A stretch of DNA of 24,982 nt. Source: a virus (lineage: Duplodnaviria; Heunggongvirae; Uroviricota; Caudoviricetes). Shown one piece after another: positions 8,408 to 16,273 of this stretch. The translations under genes and the position numbers were made by a program. The notes under the pieces are model-generated. The model was not told where the DNA came from. It did no database searches and saw nothing but the letters and a program-made list of their open reading frames with translations. Where the stretch lies: IMG/VR virus record IMGVR_UViG_3300029508_000048, positions 1 through 24,982 of that record; one strand, written 5' to 3'. The first letter of the stretch is position 1. Every line of letters begins with the position of its first letter.

Positions 8408-9466
8408 TTACGCTCCGGCTTCTGCTGCGGCGGCGCTGAAGTCGCCAATCTGGATGTTTTCCACCAGTGCGGCGCAGCGGTAGTCCTCAACTACATAGGC
8501 TTCGTTAACGGATTCAAAGTTTTCAATCCGGTCACGTTTCGGGTTGTCGATAACTGAGCGGCGGCGGGTGTCTTCCTGCCAGTAGATGGACAGGTTATCC
8601 AGACGGGTGATCAGCAGTGCATTCGGCGGGAAGAACGGCGCACGCACGGCCTGCAGGCCACCCATGCGTTTCTGACTGATGATCATATCGGCAGCCAGTT
8701 TTTCACTGTTTTCCTGCTCTTTGTTGACCAGCGGGAAATACTTGTCAGACAGCAGTTCACGCCCGCAAATCACCACCAGATCGTCATCGTCCTGGTAGAC
8801 CACGTCGATAAGCTCATTGACCGCATCCATCACCACGGCGTCCAGGTTGGCATATTCGCCACCTTTCCCGACTTTCACCGCACCCGGTGTGGTTTCACCG
8901 CCCGTGGTGGTGCTGCCCATGACGTGATCCGGTGCATCCTCACGGATTTTCTGCAGCCAGCCTTTATTCACATCCTGCAGTAGCGGGTTTTCGCTACGGT
9001 TGGAGGTTTTCGCACGCTTCACGCCGTTAAAGCCGATCATGATGCGGTCCAGTGCCTGACGTTTCACGATGGCGTCACGGATACGCACCTGAAAATCCTG
9101 AAACTTCGCCCACAGGTCCAGCTTCGCGTAGGTCAGTACCGTGTCAAAGTTGGTCTGTTCGCATTTGTATTCCACATCGACCATCAGCGTCGGATCGACA
9201 GGTTCACGCTCTTTCGCGGTGGTGTCAGTGGTTCCGGCAATGGTGCTGCCAACACCCAGCCCCAGCAGCTGACCGGACTGCTCAGTCACTGGCGTGACGT
9301 TAATCAGCGTCAGGAAAGCGGCGGACTGCTGGATTTGGTCTTCCAGCGTCTGCTGCACAGACGGCTCCACAGTGAACTTGCTGGACAGTTCTTCAACTGC
9401 CACACCGTTCAGACGCGCCAGCTGCTGCAGGTAAGCGTTAAAAGCAAAGCGGGTATTCTTCTTCAT
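8408..9466 (-). CDS. N: Major capsid protein N precursor
   Basis: 352-aa ORF, size and order as P2 gpN; ATG at 9466. Confidence 0.9.
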   Translation of the reverse strand: MKKNTRFAFNAYLQQLARLNGVAVEELSSKFTVEPSVQQTLEDQIQQSAAFLTLINVTPVTEQSGQLLGLGVGSTIAGTTDTTAKEREPVDPTLMVDVEYKCEQTNFDTVLTYAKLDLWAKFQDFQVRIRDAIVKRQALDRIMIGFNGVKRAKTSNRSENPLLQDVNKGWLQKIREDAPDHVMGSTTTGGETTPGAVKVGKGGEYANLDAVVMDAVNELIDVVYQDDDDLVVICGRELLSDKYFPLVNKEQENSEKLAADMIISQKRMGGLQAVRAPFFPPNALLITRLDNLSIYWQEDTRRRSVIDNPKRDRIENFESVNEAYVVEDYRCAALVENIQIGDFSAAAAEAGA

Positions 9467-9482
9467 CAGGTTTTGTGCTCCA

Positions 9483-10316
9483 TCAGCAATTGGTCAGAGT
9501 GTCAGCGGGGGCGTTACCGCCTGTTGCACGCTGGCGGTAGTCCTGGCGGCTGTCTTCATGGCTCAGCTTGTCCACCAGTTCGTTAAAGGCGGTCTGCTGT
9601 GCCTGCAGGGCAGCCTCCAGCTCAGACAGGCGTTCTTCCTGCTCAGACAGGGATTTTTCGGTGCACGTGCTCAGGTTCTGCTGCTCAGTGGCGACCAGTT
9701 CCACGGCCTTATGCACATCAGAGAACTTGGCATCATCGGACTGCTCTTTTTTGGTGAACAGCGCCGTGACGCGGGCAAACAGGGACGGCTTGTCCTCCTG
9801 GATTTCTTCCAGTTCGATCACCGTTTCCTCTGCAGCGGTAAAAAGATTGGCGGGATTCTGCTTGCGGTTTGCCAGCGGGTTATGTGCTGCACTGGCGCTG
9901 AATGTCAGCATTTCAGTGCCCAGACTGGCAGGGTCATCAGTGGCAGCCAGGCCGACCAGGTAGGCTTTGCCCGTATCAGCAAACTTCGGGCTGACTTCCA
10001 TAGAGGTGAATAATTTCTGGCCTTTTTTCACCAGTTCCACCAGGGACTCCGTTGGCTCAACGTCGGCATACAGCGCCATCTTGCCTGCCAGCGGACCTTC
10101 CGTGATTTCTTCAGCAAACAGCGCAGTCACCTTGCCGTAGCGGTTAAAGGTGCTGTCCGGCAGATAAGACTTGATGTGCTCAAGGTTAATCAGCGCGGTA
10201 TACACCGCCGGGTTGTAGCTGGCTGCCATCTGTTCCAGCCATTCACGCTGGATTTCGCGTCCGTCGGTGGTGGCACCTTCCACCCCGATGCGAAAACGCT
10301 TTGCTTTCACTGTCAT
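9483..10316 (-). CDS. O: Capsid scaffolding protein O
   Basis: 277-aa ORF, acidic coiled-coil-rich middle, first gene of the rightward late operon, divergent from P. Confidence 0.85.
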   Translation of the reverse strand: MTVKAKRFRIGVEGATTDGREIQREWLEQMAASYNPAVYTALINLEHIKSYLPDSTFNRYGKVTALFAEEITEGPLAGKMALYADVEPTESLVELVKKGQKLFTSMEVSPKFADTGKAYLVGLAATDDPASLGTEMLTFSASAAHNPLANRKQNPANLFTAAEETVIELEEIQEDKPSLFARVTALFTKKEQSDDAKFSDVHKAVELVATEQQNLSTCTEKSLSEQEERLSELEAALQAQQTAFNELVDKLSHEDSRQDYRQRATGGNAPADTLTNC

Positions 10317-10394
10317 GAGCCGTGCTCCGTTAGAAAAAACTTACTGGAGCCTTATGGTTGCGGTGATGGGGGCATGGAAACAATGCGCGGTATT

Positions 10395-10412
10395 TGTACC
10401 GACAACCACACA
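10395..10412. promoter_or_regulatory. TGT-N12-ACA dyad in the P/O divergent late-promoter region (candidate Ogr/Delta-type activator site)
   Basis: TGTACCGACAACCACACA read directly; P2-family late promoters carry TGT-N12-ACA elements. Centre lies 87 bp from the O start codon. Confidence 0.4.
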
Positions 10413-10458
10413 AACCGCAGGCGGGGAAAGCCGTCATTCAAGGCTGTAGGTTTGTGCC

Positions 10459-12225
10459 ATGAACACCACACTGACACCCGCAGATCTCGATCCCCGTCGG
10501 CAGGCTATGCTGCTGTACTTTCAGGGATACCGCGTCGCCCGCATTGCTGAAATGCTGGGCGAGAAAGTTGCAACCATTCACAGCTGGAAAAAACGCGACA
10601 AGTGGGGTGACTATGGGCCGCTGGATCAGATGCAGCTCACCACCGCCGCACGCTACTGCCAGCTCATTATGAAGGAGCACAAAGAAGGGAAAGATTTCAA
10701 AGAAATTGACCTGCTGGCACGCCAGTCTGAGCGCCACGCGCGGATCGGCAAGTTTAACAATGGCGGCAACGAAGCCGACTTAAACCCTAACGTTGCCAAC
10801 CGCAACAAAGGCCCACGTCGTCAGCCGGAAAAGAATGTTTTCACCGATGAACAGATTGAGAAGCTGGAAGAAATTTTCCATTCCTCCATGTTCAACTACC
10901 AGCGCCACTGGTGGGAAGCCGGAAAAACCAACCGCATCCGCAACCTGCTGAAGTCACGCCAGATCGGCGCGACCTTTTACTTTGCCCGTGAAGCCCTGAT
11001 TGACGCCCTGCTTACCGGACGTAACCAGATTTTCCTTTCTGCCAGTAAGGCTCAGGCCCACGTCTTTAAACAATACATCATCGACTTCGCCAAAGAAGTC
11101 GAGGTGGAGCTAAAAGGCGATCCGATGGTGCTTCCTAACGGAGCCACGCTTTACTTCCTCGGCACCAATGCCCGCACGGCCCAGAGTTATCACGGCAACC
11201 TGTATCTGGATGAATATTTCTGGATACCGAAATTTCAGGAGCTGCGCAAAGTGGCTTCCGGGATGGCTATTCACAAGAAATGGCGACAAACCTATTTTTC
11301 CACGCCATCCAGCCTGACCCACAGTGCTTATCCGTTCTGGTCCGGTGCGCTGTTCAACCGTGGACGCAACAAAGCTGACAAGGTGGACATCGACCTGTCC
11401 CACATCAATCTGGCCCCCGGCCTGCTGTGCGCAGACGGGCAATACCGCCAGATAGTCACCGTGGAAGATGCGGTGCGCGGCGGCTGTAACCTGTTCGACC
11501 TCGACCAGCTGCGCATGGAGTACAGCCCGGACGAATACCAGAACCTGCTGATGTGCGAGTTTGTGGACGATCTCGCGTCCGTGTTCCCGCTCAGCGAACT
11601 GCAGGCGTGCATGGTGGACAGTTGGGAAGTCTGGACCGACTTTCATGCACTGGCCCTGCGCCCGTTTGGCTGGCGCGAGGTGTGGATCGGTTATGACCCG
11701 GCAAAAGGTACGCAGAACGGTGACAGTGCCGGGTGCGTGGTGGTGGCTCCGCCAGCTGTGCCGGGCGGTAAGTTCCGTATTCTTGAGCGTCACCAGTGGC
11801 GCGGGATGGACTTCCGCGCCCAGGCGGACGCCATCAAAAAACTGACCGAACAGTACAACGTGACATACATCGGCATCGACTCAACCGGCGTTGGTCACGG
11901 GGTTTACGAGAACGTGAAAGCGTTCTTTCCTGCCGTCCGGGAGTTTGTCTACAACCCCAACGTTAAAAACGCCCTGGTACTCAAGGCCTACGACATTATC
12001 AGCCACCGCCGTCTGGAGTTTGACGCCGGGCACACCGACATTGCGCAGTCATTCATGGCGATCCGTCGCGCCACCACCGCCAGCGGCAACCGCCCGACCT
12101 ATGAAGCCAGCCGCAGCGAAGAAGCCAGCCATGCCGATCTGGCCTGGGCAACAATGCACGCACTGTTTAACGAACCGCTGCAGGGCGAGTCCGCCAATAC
12201 CAGCAATATTGTGGAGATTTTTTGA
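10459..12225 (+). CDS. P: Terminase ATPase (large) subunit P
   Basis: 588-aa ORF, size and divergent position relative to O as in P2; 4-bp ATGA overlap with Q. Confidence 0.9.
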   Translation: MNTTLTPADLDPRRQAMLLYFQGYRVARIAEMLGEKVATIHSWKKRDKWGDYGPLDQMQLTTAARYCQLIMKEHKEGKDFKEIDLLARQSERHARIGKFNNGGNEADLNPNVANRNKGPRRQPEKNVFTDEQIEKLEEIFHSSMFNYQRHWWEAGKTNRIRNLLKSRQIGATFYFAREALIDALLTGRNQIFLSASKAQAHVFKQYIIDFAKEVEVELKGDPMVLPNGATLYFLGTNARTAQSYHGNLYLDEYFWIPKFQELRKVASGMAIHKKWRQTYFSTPSSLTHSAYPFWSGALFNRGRNKADKVDIDLSHINLAPGLLCADGQYRQIVTVEDAVRGGCNLFDLDQLRMEYSPDEYQNLLMCEFVDDLASVFPLSELQACMVDSWEVWTDFHALALRPFGWREVWIGYDPAKGTQNGDSAGCVVVAPPAVPGGKFRILERHQWRGMDFRAQADAIKKLTEQYNVTYIGIDSTGVGHGVYENVKAFFPAVREFVYNPNVKNALVLKAYDIISHRRLEFDAGHTDIAQSFMAIRRATTASGNRPTYEASRSEEASHADLAWATMHALFNEPLQGESANTSNIVEIF

Positions 12226-13256
12226 TGGGAAAGAGTAAGAAAAACCGCGCAGCGGCGATGAATCAGATCCAGCATAAAAACCAGACTTCAGCCGAAGCAT
12301 TCAGCTTCGGCGATCCCGTTCCGGTTCTGGACCGCCGTGAACTGCTGGACTATGTGGAATGCGTACAGACAGATCGCTGGTATGAGCCGCCAGTGAGTTT
12401 TGACGGACTGGCACGAACATTCCGCGCAGCCGTACACCACAGTTCACCGATTGCAGTGAAATGCAACATTCTGACCAGCACCTACATCCCTCACCCGCTG
12501 CTCAGCCAGCAGGCTTTTTCACGTTTTGTGCAGGACTATCTGGTATTTGGTAACGCCTACCTGGAGAAACGCACGAACCGGTTCGGTGAAGTTATCGCCC
12601 TTGAGCCTGCTCTGGCAAAATACACCCGACGCGGGTTAGACCTGGATACCTACTGGTTTGTGCAATACGGTATGATCACCCAGCCATATCAGTTCACGAA
12701 AGGCAGCATCTTTCATCTGATGGAACCGGACATCAACCAGGAAATCTACGGCCTGCCCGGTTATCTTTCTGCTATTCCATCCGCCCTGCTCAACGAGTCT
12801 GCCACGCTGTTCCGCCGCAAGTATTACATTAACGGCAGTCATGCAGGCTTCATCATGTATATGACCGACGCCGCGCAGAACCAGGAGGATGTAAACAACC
12901 TCCGCAACGCGATGAAAAGTGCCAAAGGTCCTGGTAACTTCCGTAACCTATTTATGTACTCGCCAAACGGCAAAAAGGACGGGCTTCAGATCATCCCGTT
13001 GTCAGAAGTCGCGGCGAAGGATGAGTTTTTGAATATCAAGAACGTCAGCCGTGATGACATGATGGCGGCGCACCGTGTACCGCCACAAATGATGGGTATT
13101 ATGCCGAATAATGTTGGGGGGTTTGGGGATGTGGAGAAGGCAAGTAATGTATTTGTTCGTAACGAACTTATCCCCTTACAAAAACGTATAGAACAATTAA
13201 ATCAATGGATAGGAAACACAATTATTAATTTTTTACCATATTCTCTCCAAAGTTAA
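12222..13256 (+). CDS. Q: Portal protein Q
   Basis: 344-aa ORF translationally coupled to P; last about 55 codons switch to AT-rich usage. Confidence 0.9.
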   Translation: MMGKSKKNRAAAMNQIQHKNQTSAEAFSFGDPVPVLDRRELLDYVECVQTDRWYEPPVSFDGLARTFRAAVHHSSPIAVKCNILTSTYIPHPLLSQQAFSRFVQDYLVFGNAYLEKRTNRFGEVIALEPALAKYTRRGLDLDTYWFVQYGMITQPYQFTKGSIFHLMEPDINQEIYGLPGYLSAIPSALLNESATLFRRKYYINGSHAGFIMYMTDAAQNQEDVNNLRNAMKSAKGPGNFRNLFMYSPNGKKDGLQIIPLSEVAAKDEFLNIKNVSRDDMMAAHRVPPQMMGIMPNNVGGFGDVEKASNVFVRNELIPLQKRIEQLNQWIGNTIINFLPYSLQS

Positions 13257-13268
13257 AAAATAGCATAT

Positions 13269-13291
13269 GGGTGCATAATGTTTATGCACCC
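13269..13291. terminator. Hairpin between the convergent genes Q and the ThsB-like gene (putative bidirectional terminator)
   Basis: Perfect 9-bp inverted repeat GGGTGCATA/TATGCACCC with 5-nt loop, followed by TCTTATT on the plus strand. Confidence 0.5.
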
Positions 13292-13296
13292 TCTTA

Positions 13297-13914
13297 TTAC
13301 CAGTTAAAAATTGATGAGCTGCGAATTGCAGGAACATCCGATGGATTTCGTTTAGCAGCTGGTTCCATCAACTTACGCTTGTTAAATGCCTGATCAATAT
13401 AATACTCAGGATTTTTAATAAAGACAGAGTATTTTACCAATGCACAATATACGTCAGAGTCATTATAATGGGGAACTGTTTTTTCATAAACATGATTCTT
13501 TCTAACCAGATAAGGCAAATAATAATCATATCCCCAACCTGGCGTTCTTAGACTTATAGAACATCCGCATGATGGATCTGCACATACTGCAGGAGTAAAC
13601 ACACTATCGTAAATTTCATCTCTGATAACACCAATTAGACCATTATAGTTTTCTCCCCAGAGTGATGCTTGAATTTCAGAGTTTACAAATGGACGATTTT
13701 TGGTTTCCGTTCCAATAAGAACGACAGTAACCGTTGAGTCTTTTAAAAAATCCTCACGAATAGTCCTCATTATTGTTTCATCAGTGTTAGTTGTACTAAT
13801 GTCACCATCACTTACCGACTTATCAATAAACGATTCTCCTCCGAATAAATCAATAATCTCATCTTTGAGATCTTGTTCGTTAGCATGATGATAACTAAGA
13901 AACGTCTTATGCAT
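13297..13914 (-). CDS. TIR-like protein, ThsB-like (DUF1863-type TIR-like domain), candidate NAD-consuming sensor of a defence cassette
   Basis: 205-aa AT-rich ORF. N-terminal KTFLSYHHANEQD, then TVTVVLIGTETKNRPFVNSEIQAS with a Glu near residue 80, resembling remembered ThsB/TIR motifs (F-S-Y-H...D strand, VLIG..T, catalytic E). Start ATG overlaps the upstream stop (TAATG); GGAG RBS. Confidence 0.6.
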   Translation of the reverse strand: MHKTFLSYHHANEQDLKDEIIDLFGGESFIDKSVSDGDISTTNTDETIMRTIREDFLKDSTVTVVLIGTETKNRPFVNSEIQASLWGENYNGLIGVIRDEIYDSVFTPAVCADPSCGCSISLRTPGWGYDYYLPYLVRKNHVYEKTVPHYNDSDVYCALVKYSVFIKNPEYYIDQAFNKRKLMEPAAKRNPSDVPAIRSSSIFNW

Positions 13915-14645
13915 TATTCACTCCATTTATCAACATTTATATCAAACTCTTTGACTACCTTATCATTGAAGAAATCGTTTACTTCTTTAAAACCTTCCAA
14001 TACTTGACTAAAATGATAATAATGCTTTTGTATAGTACTTATAGGGGTTAAATGATACGGCAATGATATAAATTCGCCGTTAGGGTCTCTATCCTTTGTG
14101 GTCACTTTATCATTATCTGAAACATATTTATGCCATCTCCGATAATTATTTTGATGCTTTGTTAAAAAAGAGTTTAACGTTTTCAAAATTTCATTTGAAA
14201 GTAAATACAGTTTTTTATCTCTTTTTTTCTTCACATCTAGTAATTTCATTTCATCTCTAATGAATTTATAGCACTCATAATATGAGTTTAAAACTTCTTC
14301 AATTGAGTCATAATTCGGATCAAATTTAAATAATGTTCGCTTCGTATCCAGATAATTTTTTACGCTCTTTTTAAAAAGAAGATCAGACTTATTTAGTAAA
14401 ATATTAATACCACCAAAACTAAGTTGCTCTAATCTCAATGAATATCTTTGATGAAATGCACCGACCAGCAAGATATAAGCAACTAAAAATAGTATTAATA
14501 CTGATAGAAAAGCACGAATTATGTTTACATTTGACATGAAATTAACTATAAACCACCATTTTTCAAACGGTGAAAACGGAATGCACCCCATGATAATAAG
14601 TAGAAGAACAAAGATACAACCCCATAAAACCCACAATCTGTACAT
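13914..14645 (-). CDS. Membrane protein with two N-terminal TM helices and an unassigned soluble domain of about 180 aa; candidate effector partner of the TIR-like protein
   Basis: Track ORF starts at TTG 14690. Preferred start is ATG 14645 (MYRLWVLWGCIFVLLLIIMGCI...) with AGGA 8 nt upstream. Two hydrophobic helices then a K/N/Y-rich domain. Very AT-rich. Translationally coupled to the downstream TIR-like gene. Confidence 0.65.
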   Translation of the reverse strand: MYRLWVLWGCIFVLLLIIMGCIPFSPFEKWWFIVNFMSNVNIIRAFLSVLILFLVAYILLVGAFHQRYSLRLEQLSFGGINILLNKSDLLFKKSVKNYLDTKRTLFKFDPNYDSIEEVLNSYYECYKFIRDEMKLLDVKKKRDKKLYLLSNEILKTLNSFLTKHQNNYRRWHKYVSDNDKVTTKDRDPNGEFISLPYHLTPISTIQKHYYHFSQVLEGFKEVNDFFNDKVVKEFDINVDKWSE

Positions 14646-14667
14646 AAGAAAGATCCTTTTTCTTTTT

Positions 14668-14695
14668 ATAATACTGCAACTACACCTCAAGTCAA
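14668..14695 (-). promoter_or_regulatory. Sigma70-like promoter of the membrane-protein/TIR-like operon
   Basis: Minus strand TTGACT (plus 14690-14695), 16-bp spacer, TATTAT (plus 14668-14673), about 20 bp upstream of ATG 14645. Confidence 0.45.
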
Positions 14696-14700
14696 AACCC

Positions 14701-14760
14701 TCTTCTGATATTACCCTCTACTACAGTAACCCATCACATGACCTCCGACTTATCAGAAGA
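14701..14760. repeat. Perfect 10-bp inverted repeat pair TCTTCTGATA ... TATCAGAAGA separated by 40 bp
   Basis: Read directly at 14701-14710 and 14751-14760, just upstream of the cassette promoter and next to the cos-like motif. Confidence 0.7.
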
Positions 14761-14794
14761 CTAGCCAAACTTTCTCAATCAAATCAGGTTGCGC

Positions 14795-14820
14795 GCGCTC
14801 GTATCCCCGCCACGCCTGCC
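14795..14820. other. cos-like sequence (candidate cohesive-end site)
   Basis: Minus strand reads GGCGTGGCGGGGATACGAGC. The first 13 nt match the P2/186-type 19-nt cohesive end as I remember it (GGCG(A/T)GGCGGGGAAAGCA-), 12-13 of 13. Confidence 0.35.
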
Positions 14821-14860
14821 CGCTTTATGTAGTGGTTTTCATGCACCTGCATGATCTACG

Positions 14861-14885
14861 CAAAAGCCCGCCAGAACTGGCGGGC
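14861..14885 (-). terminator. Rho-independent terminator downstream of the lipoprotein gene
   Basis: GC-rich inverted repeat GCCCGCCAG/CTGGCGGGC followed on the minus strand by TTTTG. Confidence 0.5.
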
Positions 14886-14989
14886 CTTAACACAAAAGAT
14901 CCTCAAACGATCATGCGATCTCATGCAGCATAGACATGCGCGTTTATGCAGAATGTGCAAAATCGTAACATACTCAGTAAGCGTGAAAC

Positions 14990-15667
14990 CTAGAACGTGA
15001 CAGCCTTGTCAAAGCCAGAAATAATTGTATAAGAAATAGACGAGTTATCAGCCTTGTTCACTTTGAACTTGGCACCTTTGTAAGCGATAACATCACTTCC
15101 CTTAGAATCTACAGAAAAATCTGTTGTAAATGCTGCACGAGCCATATCGTTTGCAAATTCACGATAGGTGAACTTCATTACACCGCCTGCATTTCCATTA
15201 TATTCGATAGTCTTAACCAATGAATTACTCACTCGACACAGCCCATCAGGAACACGTTTGATAGAAATTTCTGATGCAGTATAAGAAGTGCCATTTGGCG
15301 GTGATATCTCATTTTTTGCAGCATCGTAACTAACATAATCAACATAGTTACCGATTTGCCCATAGAGATTTTTTAACGCAACAGCTTGAGGGTTATGATA
15401 ATTGCGGTAAATTCCATTCCCCTCACTGCAATATGTACCAGCAGCGATAGAAGACAATGCACCATTAGCCGCACCAAGTTCTAGTACGTCCGTTTTAAAT
15501 CCAGTAGCAGATGTGATAATGGGATCGCCCATGTAGGCGGTAGCACTTTGCCCAATAGCTGGCTTCACCACTTCAATAGCAGTGATATTTCGGTTAGAAG
15601 CATGTGGCACGCAACCAGTTAGGATTACAGCAAGAGATATTGGTAACGCTACATTATTAATTTTCAT
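14990..15667 (-). CDS. Lipoprotein of unknown function (cargo gene in the cos-proximal right-arm region; candidate surface/exclusion factor)
   Basis: Start at ATG 15667 gives MKINNVALPISLAVILTGC, a signal peptide with lipobox L-T-G-C. Mature part is Gly/Ser/Asn/Tyr-rich. GC lower than the backbone by eye. Confidence 0.7.
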   Translation of the reverse strand: MKINNVALPISLAVILTGCVPHASNRNITAIEVVKPAIGQSATAYMGDPIITSATGFKTDVLELGAANGALSSIAAGTYCSEGNGIYRNYHNPQAVALKNLYGQIGNYVDYVSYDAAKNEISPPNGTSYTASEISIKRVPDGLCRVSNSLVKTIEYNGNAGGVMKFTYREFANDMARAAFTTDFSVDSKGSDVIAYKGAKFKVNKADNSSISYTIISGFDKAVTF

Positions 15668-15690
15668 TTTTAGCCTATTATTCTTTTCTT

Positions 15691-15726
15691 GACAAAAAAC
15701 AAGGCGATATCTGATTGACATCGCCT
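15691..15726 (-). terminator. Putative terminator after the DinI-like gene
   Basis: Minus strand AGGCGAT-(11 nt)-ATCGCCT hairpin followed by TGTTTTTTG. Confidence 0.4.
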
Positions 15727-15780
15727 CTCACTCATATGTAACCCTTTTTGATTAGTAAAAACAAGCGTCTATTGACAAAA

Positions 15781-16014
15781 TCAATGCAGCCAGCTGTCGT
15801 CTTCCCACACCTTCTGCAAAATTTTCATCACTTGTTTTCTTTCTTCGTCCAGTTGCAGTCCGGTCAGTTCCACACCGTTAGAGCTACCTTTACGGATACG
15901 GATTACCGTTTTGGGATACAGGGGGCGCAGATTGCGGTAAAGCTCGGATTCAAGGGCGTCCAGGGTAGACTGGCTAATCTTCTGCTCTTTATCGATCATT
16001 ATTTCAATGCGCAT
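15781..16014 (-). CDS. dinI: DinI-like protein (DinI family; C-terminal-domain equivalent of a 186 Tum-type antirepressor)
   Basis: Start ATG 16014 with GAGGTG upstream. MRIEIMIDKEQ...LDALESELYRNLRPLYPKTVIRIRKGSSNGVELTG...ILQKVWEDDSWL matches the remembered DinI pattern (MRIEVTIAK...VSVRY...ILQETWE). Confidence 0.8.
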   Translation of the reverse strand: MRIEIMIDKEQKISQSTLDALESELYRNLRPLYPKTVIRIRKGSSNGVELTGLQLDEERKQVMKILQKVWEDDSWLH

Positions 16015-16024
16015 AAAAGTCACC

Positions 16025-16213
16025 TCAGCTGATGACATCCATTGAGCGGTTGTATTCGTGGCTTCTGATTTTTGCCATGAGTTCATCTGTCAGTTCAGAA
16101 ACCCACTGCAGAGCCAGCCCCTTCTCTTCATCACTACACTCACTAGCCGCTACAAGCTTAAGAAAAAAATCAATGCGCTGGAGCTTCAAAGACTCCAAAA
16201 AATAGTCCTGCAT
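16025..16213 (-). CDS. Small acidic protein, first gene of the LexA-controlled operon (possible N-terminal part of a Tum-like antirepressor)
   Basis: 62-aa ORF with ATG at 16213 and a strong AGGAGG RBS; ends 11 nt before the DinI-like start in another frame. Confidence 0.55.
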   Translation of the reverse strand: MQDYFLESLKLQRIDFFLKLVAASECSDEEKGLALQWVSELTDELMAKIRSHEYNRSMDVIS

Positions 16214-16253
16214 CTTTCCTCCTATGACACCAAAGCAATACTGTATACATAAC

Positions 16254-16273
16254 CACTGTTTATATTTACAGTA
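16254..16273. promoter_or_regulatory. LexA (SOS) box overlapping the promoter of the 62-aa/DinI-like operon
   Basis: CACTGTTTATATTTACAGTA fits CTGT-N8-ACAG (about 16 of 20 to TACTGTATATATATACAGTA). Overlaps a -10 TATACT (plus 16270-16275) with -35 TTTACA (plus 16291-16296). Confidence 0.6.

Noticed and set aside
8075-10013. Plus-strand ORFs inside the capsid/scaffold genes (8075..8557, 9558..10013 and others)
   Set aside because: Antisense to N and O, which are supported by size, order and start-codon context.
11110-11793. 227-aa minus-strand ORF inside terminase gene P
   Set aside because: Entirely antisense to the 588-aa terminase ORF; His/Arg-rich composition with no start context.
14646-14690. 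Upstream TTG start (14690) for the membrane protein and TTG starts used by the ORF track for R (5400), apl/cox-like (21220) and the 118-aa ORF (16722)
   Set aside because: Downstream ATG/GTG codons with proper Shine-Dalgarno spacing fit better; for the membrane protein the TTG lies inside the predicted -35 element.
14521-14832. 103-aa plus-strand ORF spanning the cassette promoter, the inverted repeat and the cos-like motif
   Set aside because: Overlaps the 5' end of the membrane-protein gene in antisense and crosses obvious non-coding signals; composition not protein-like.
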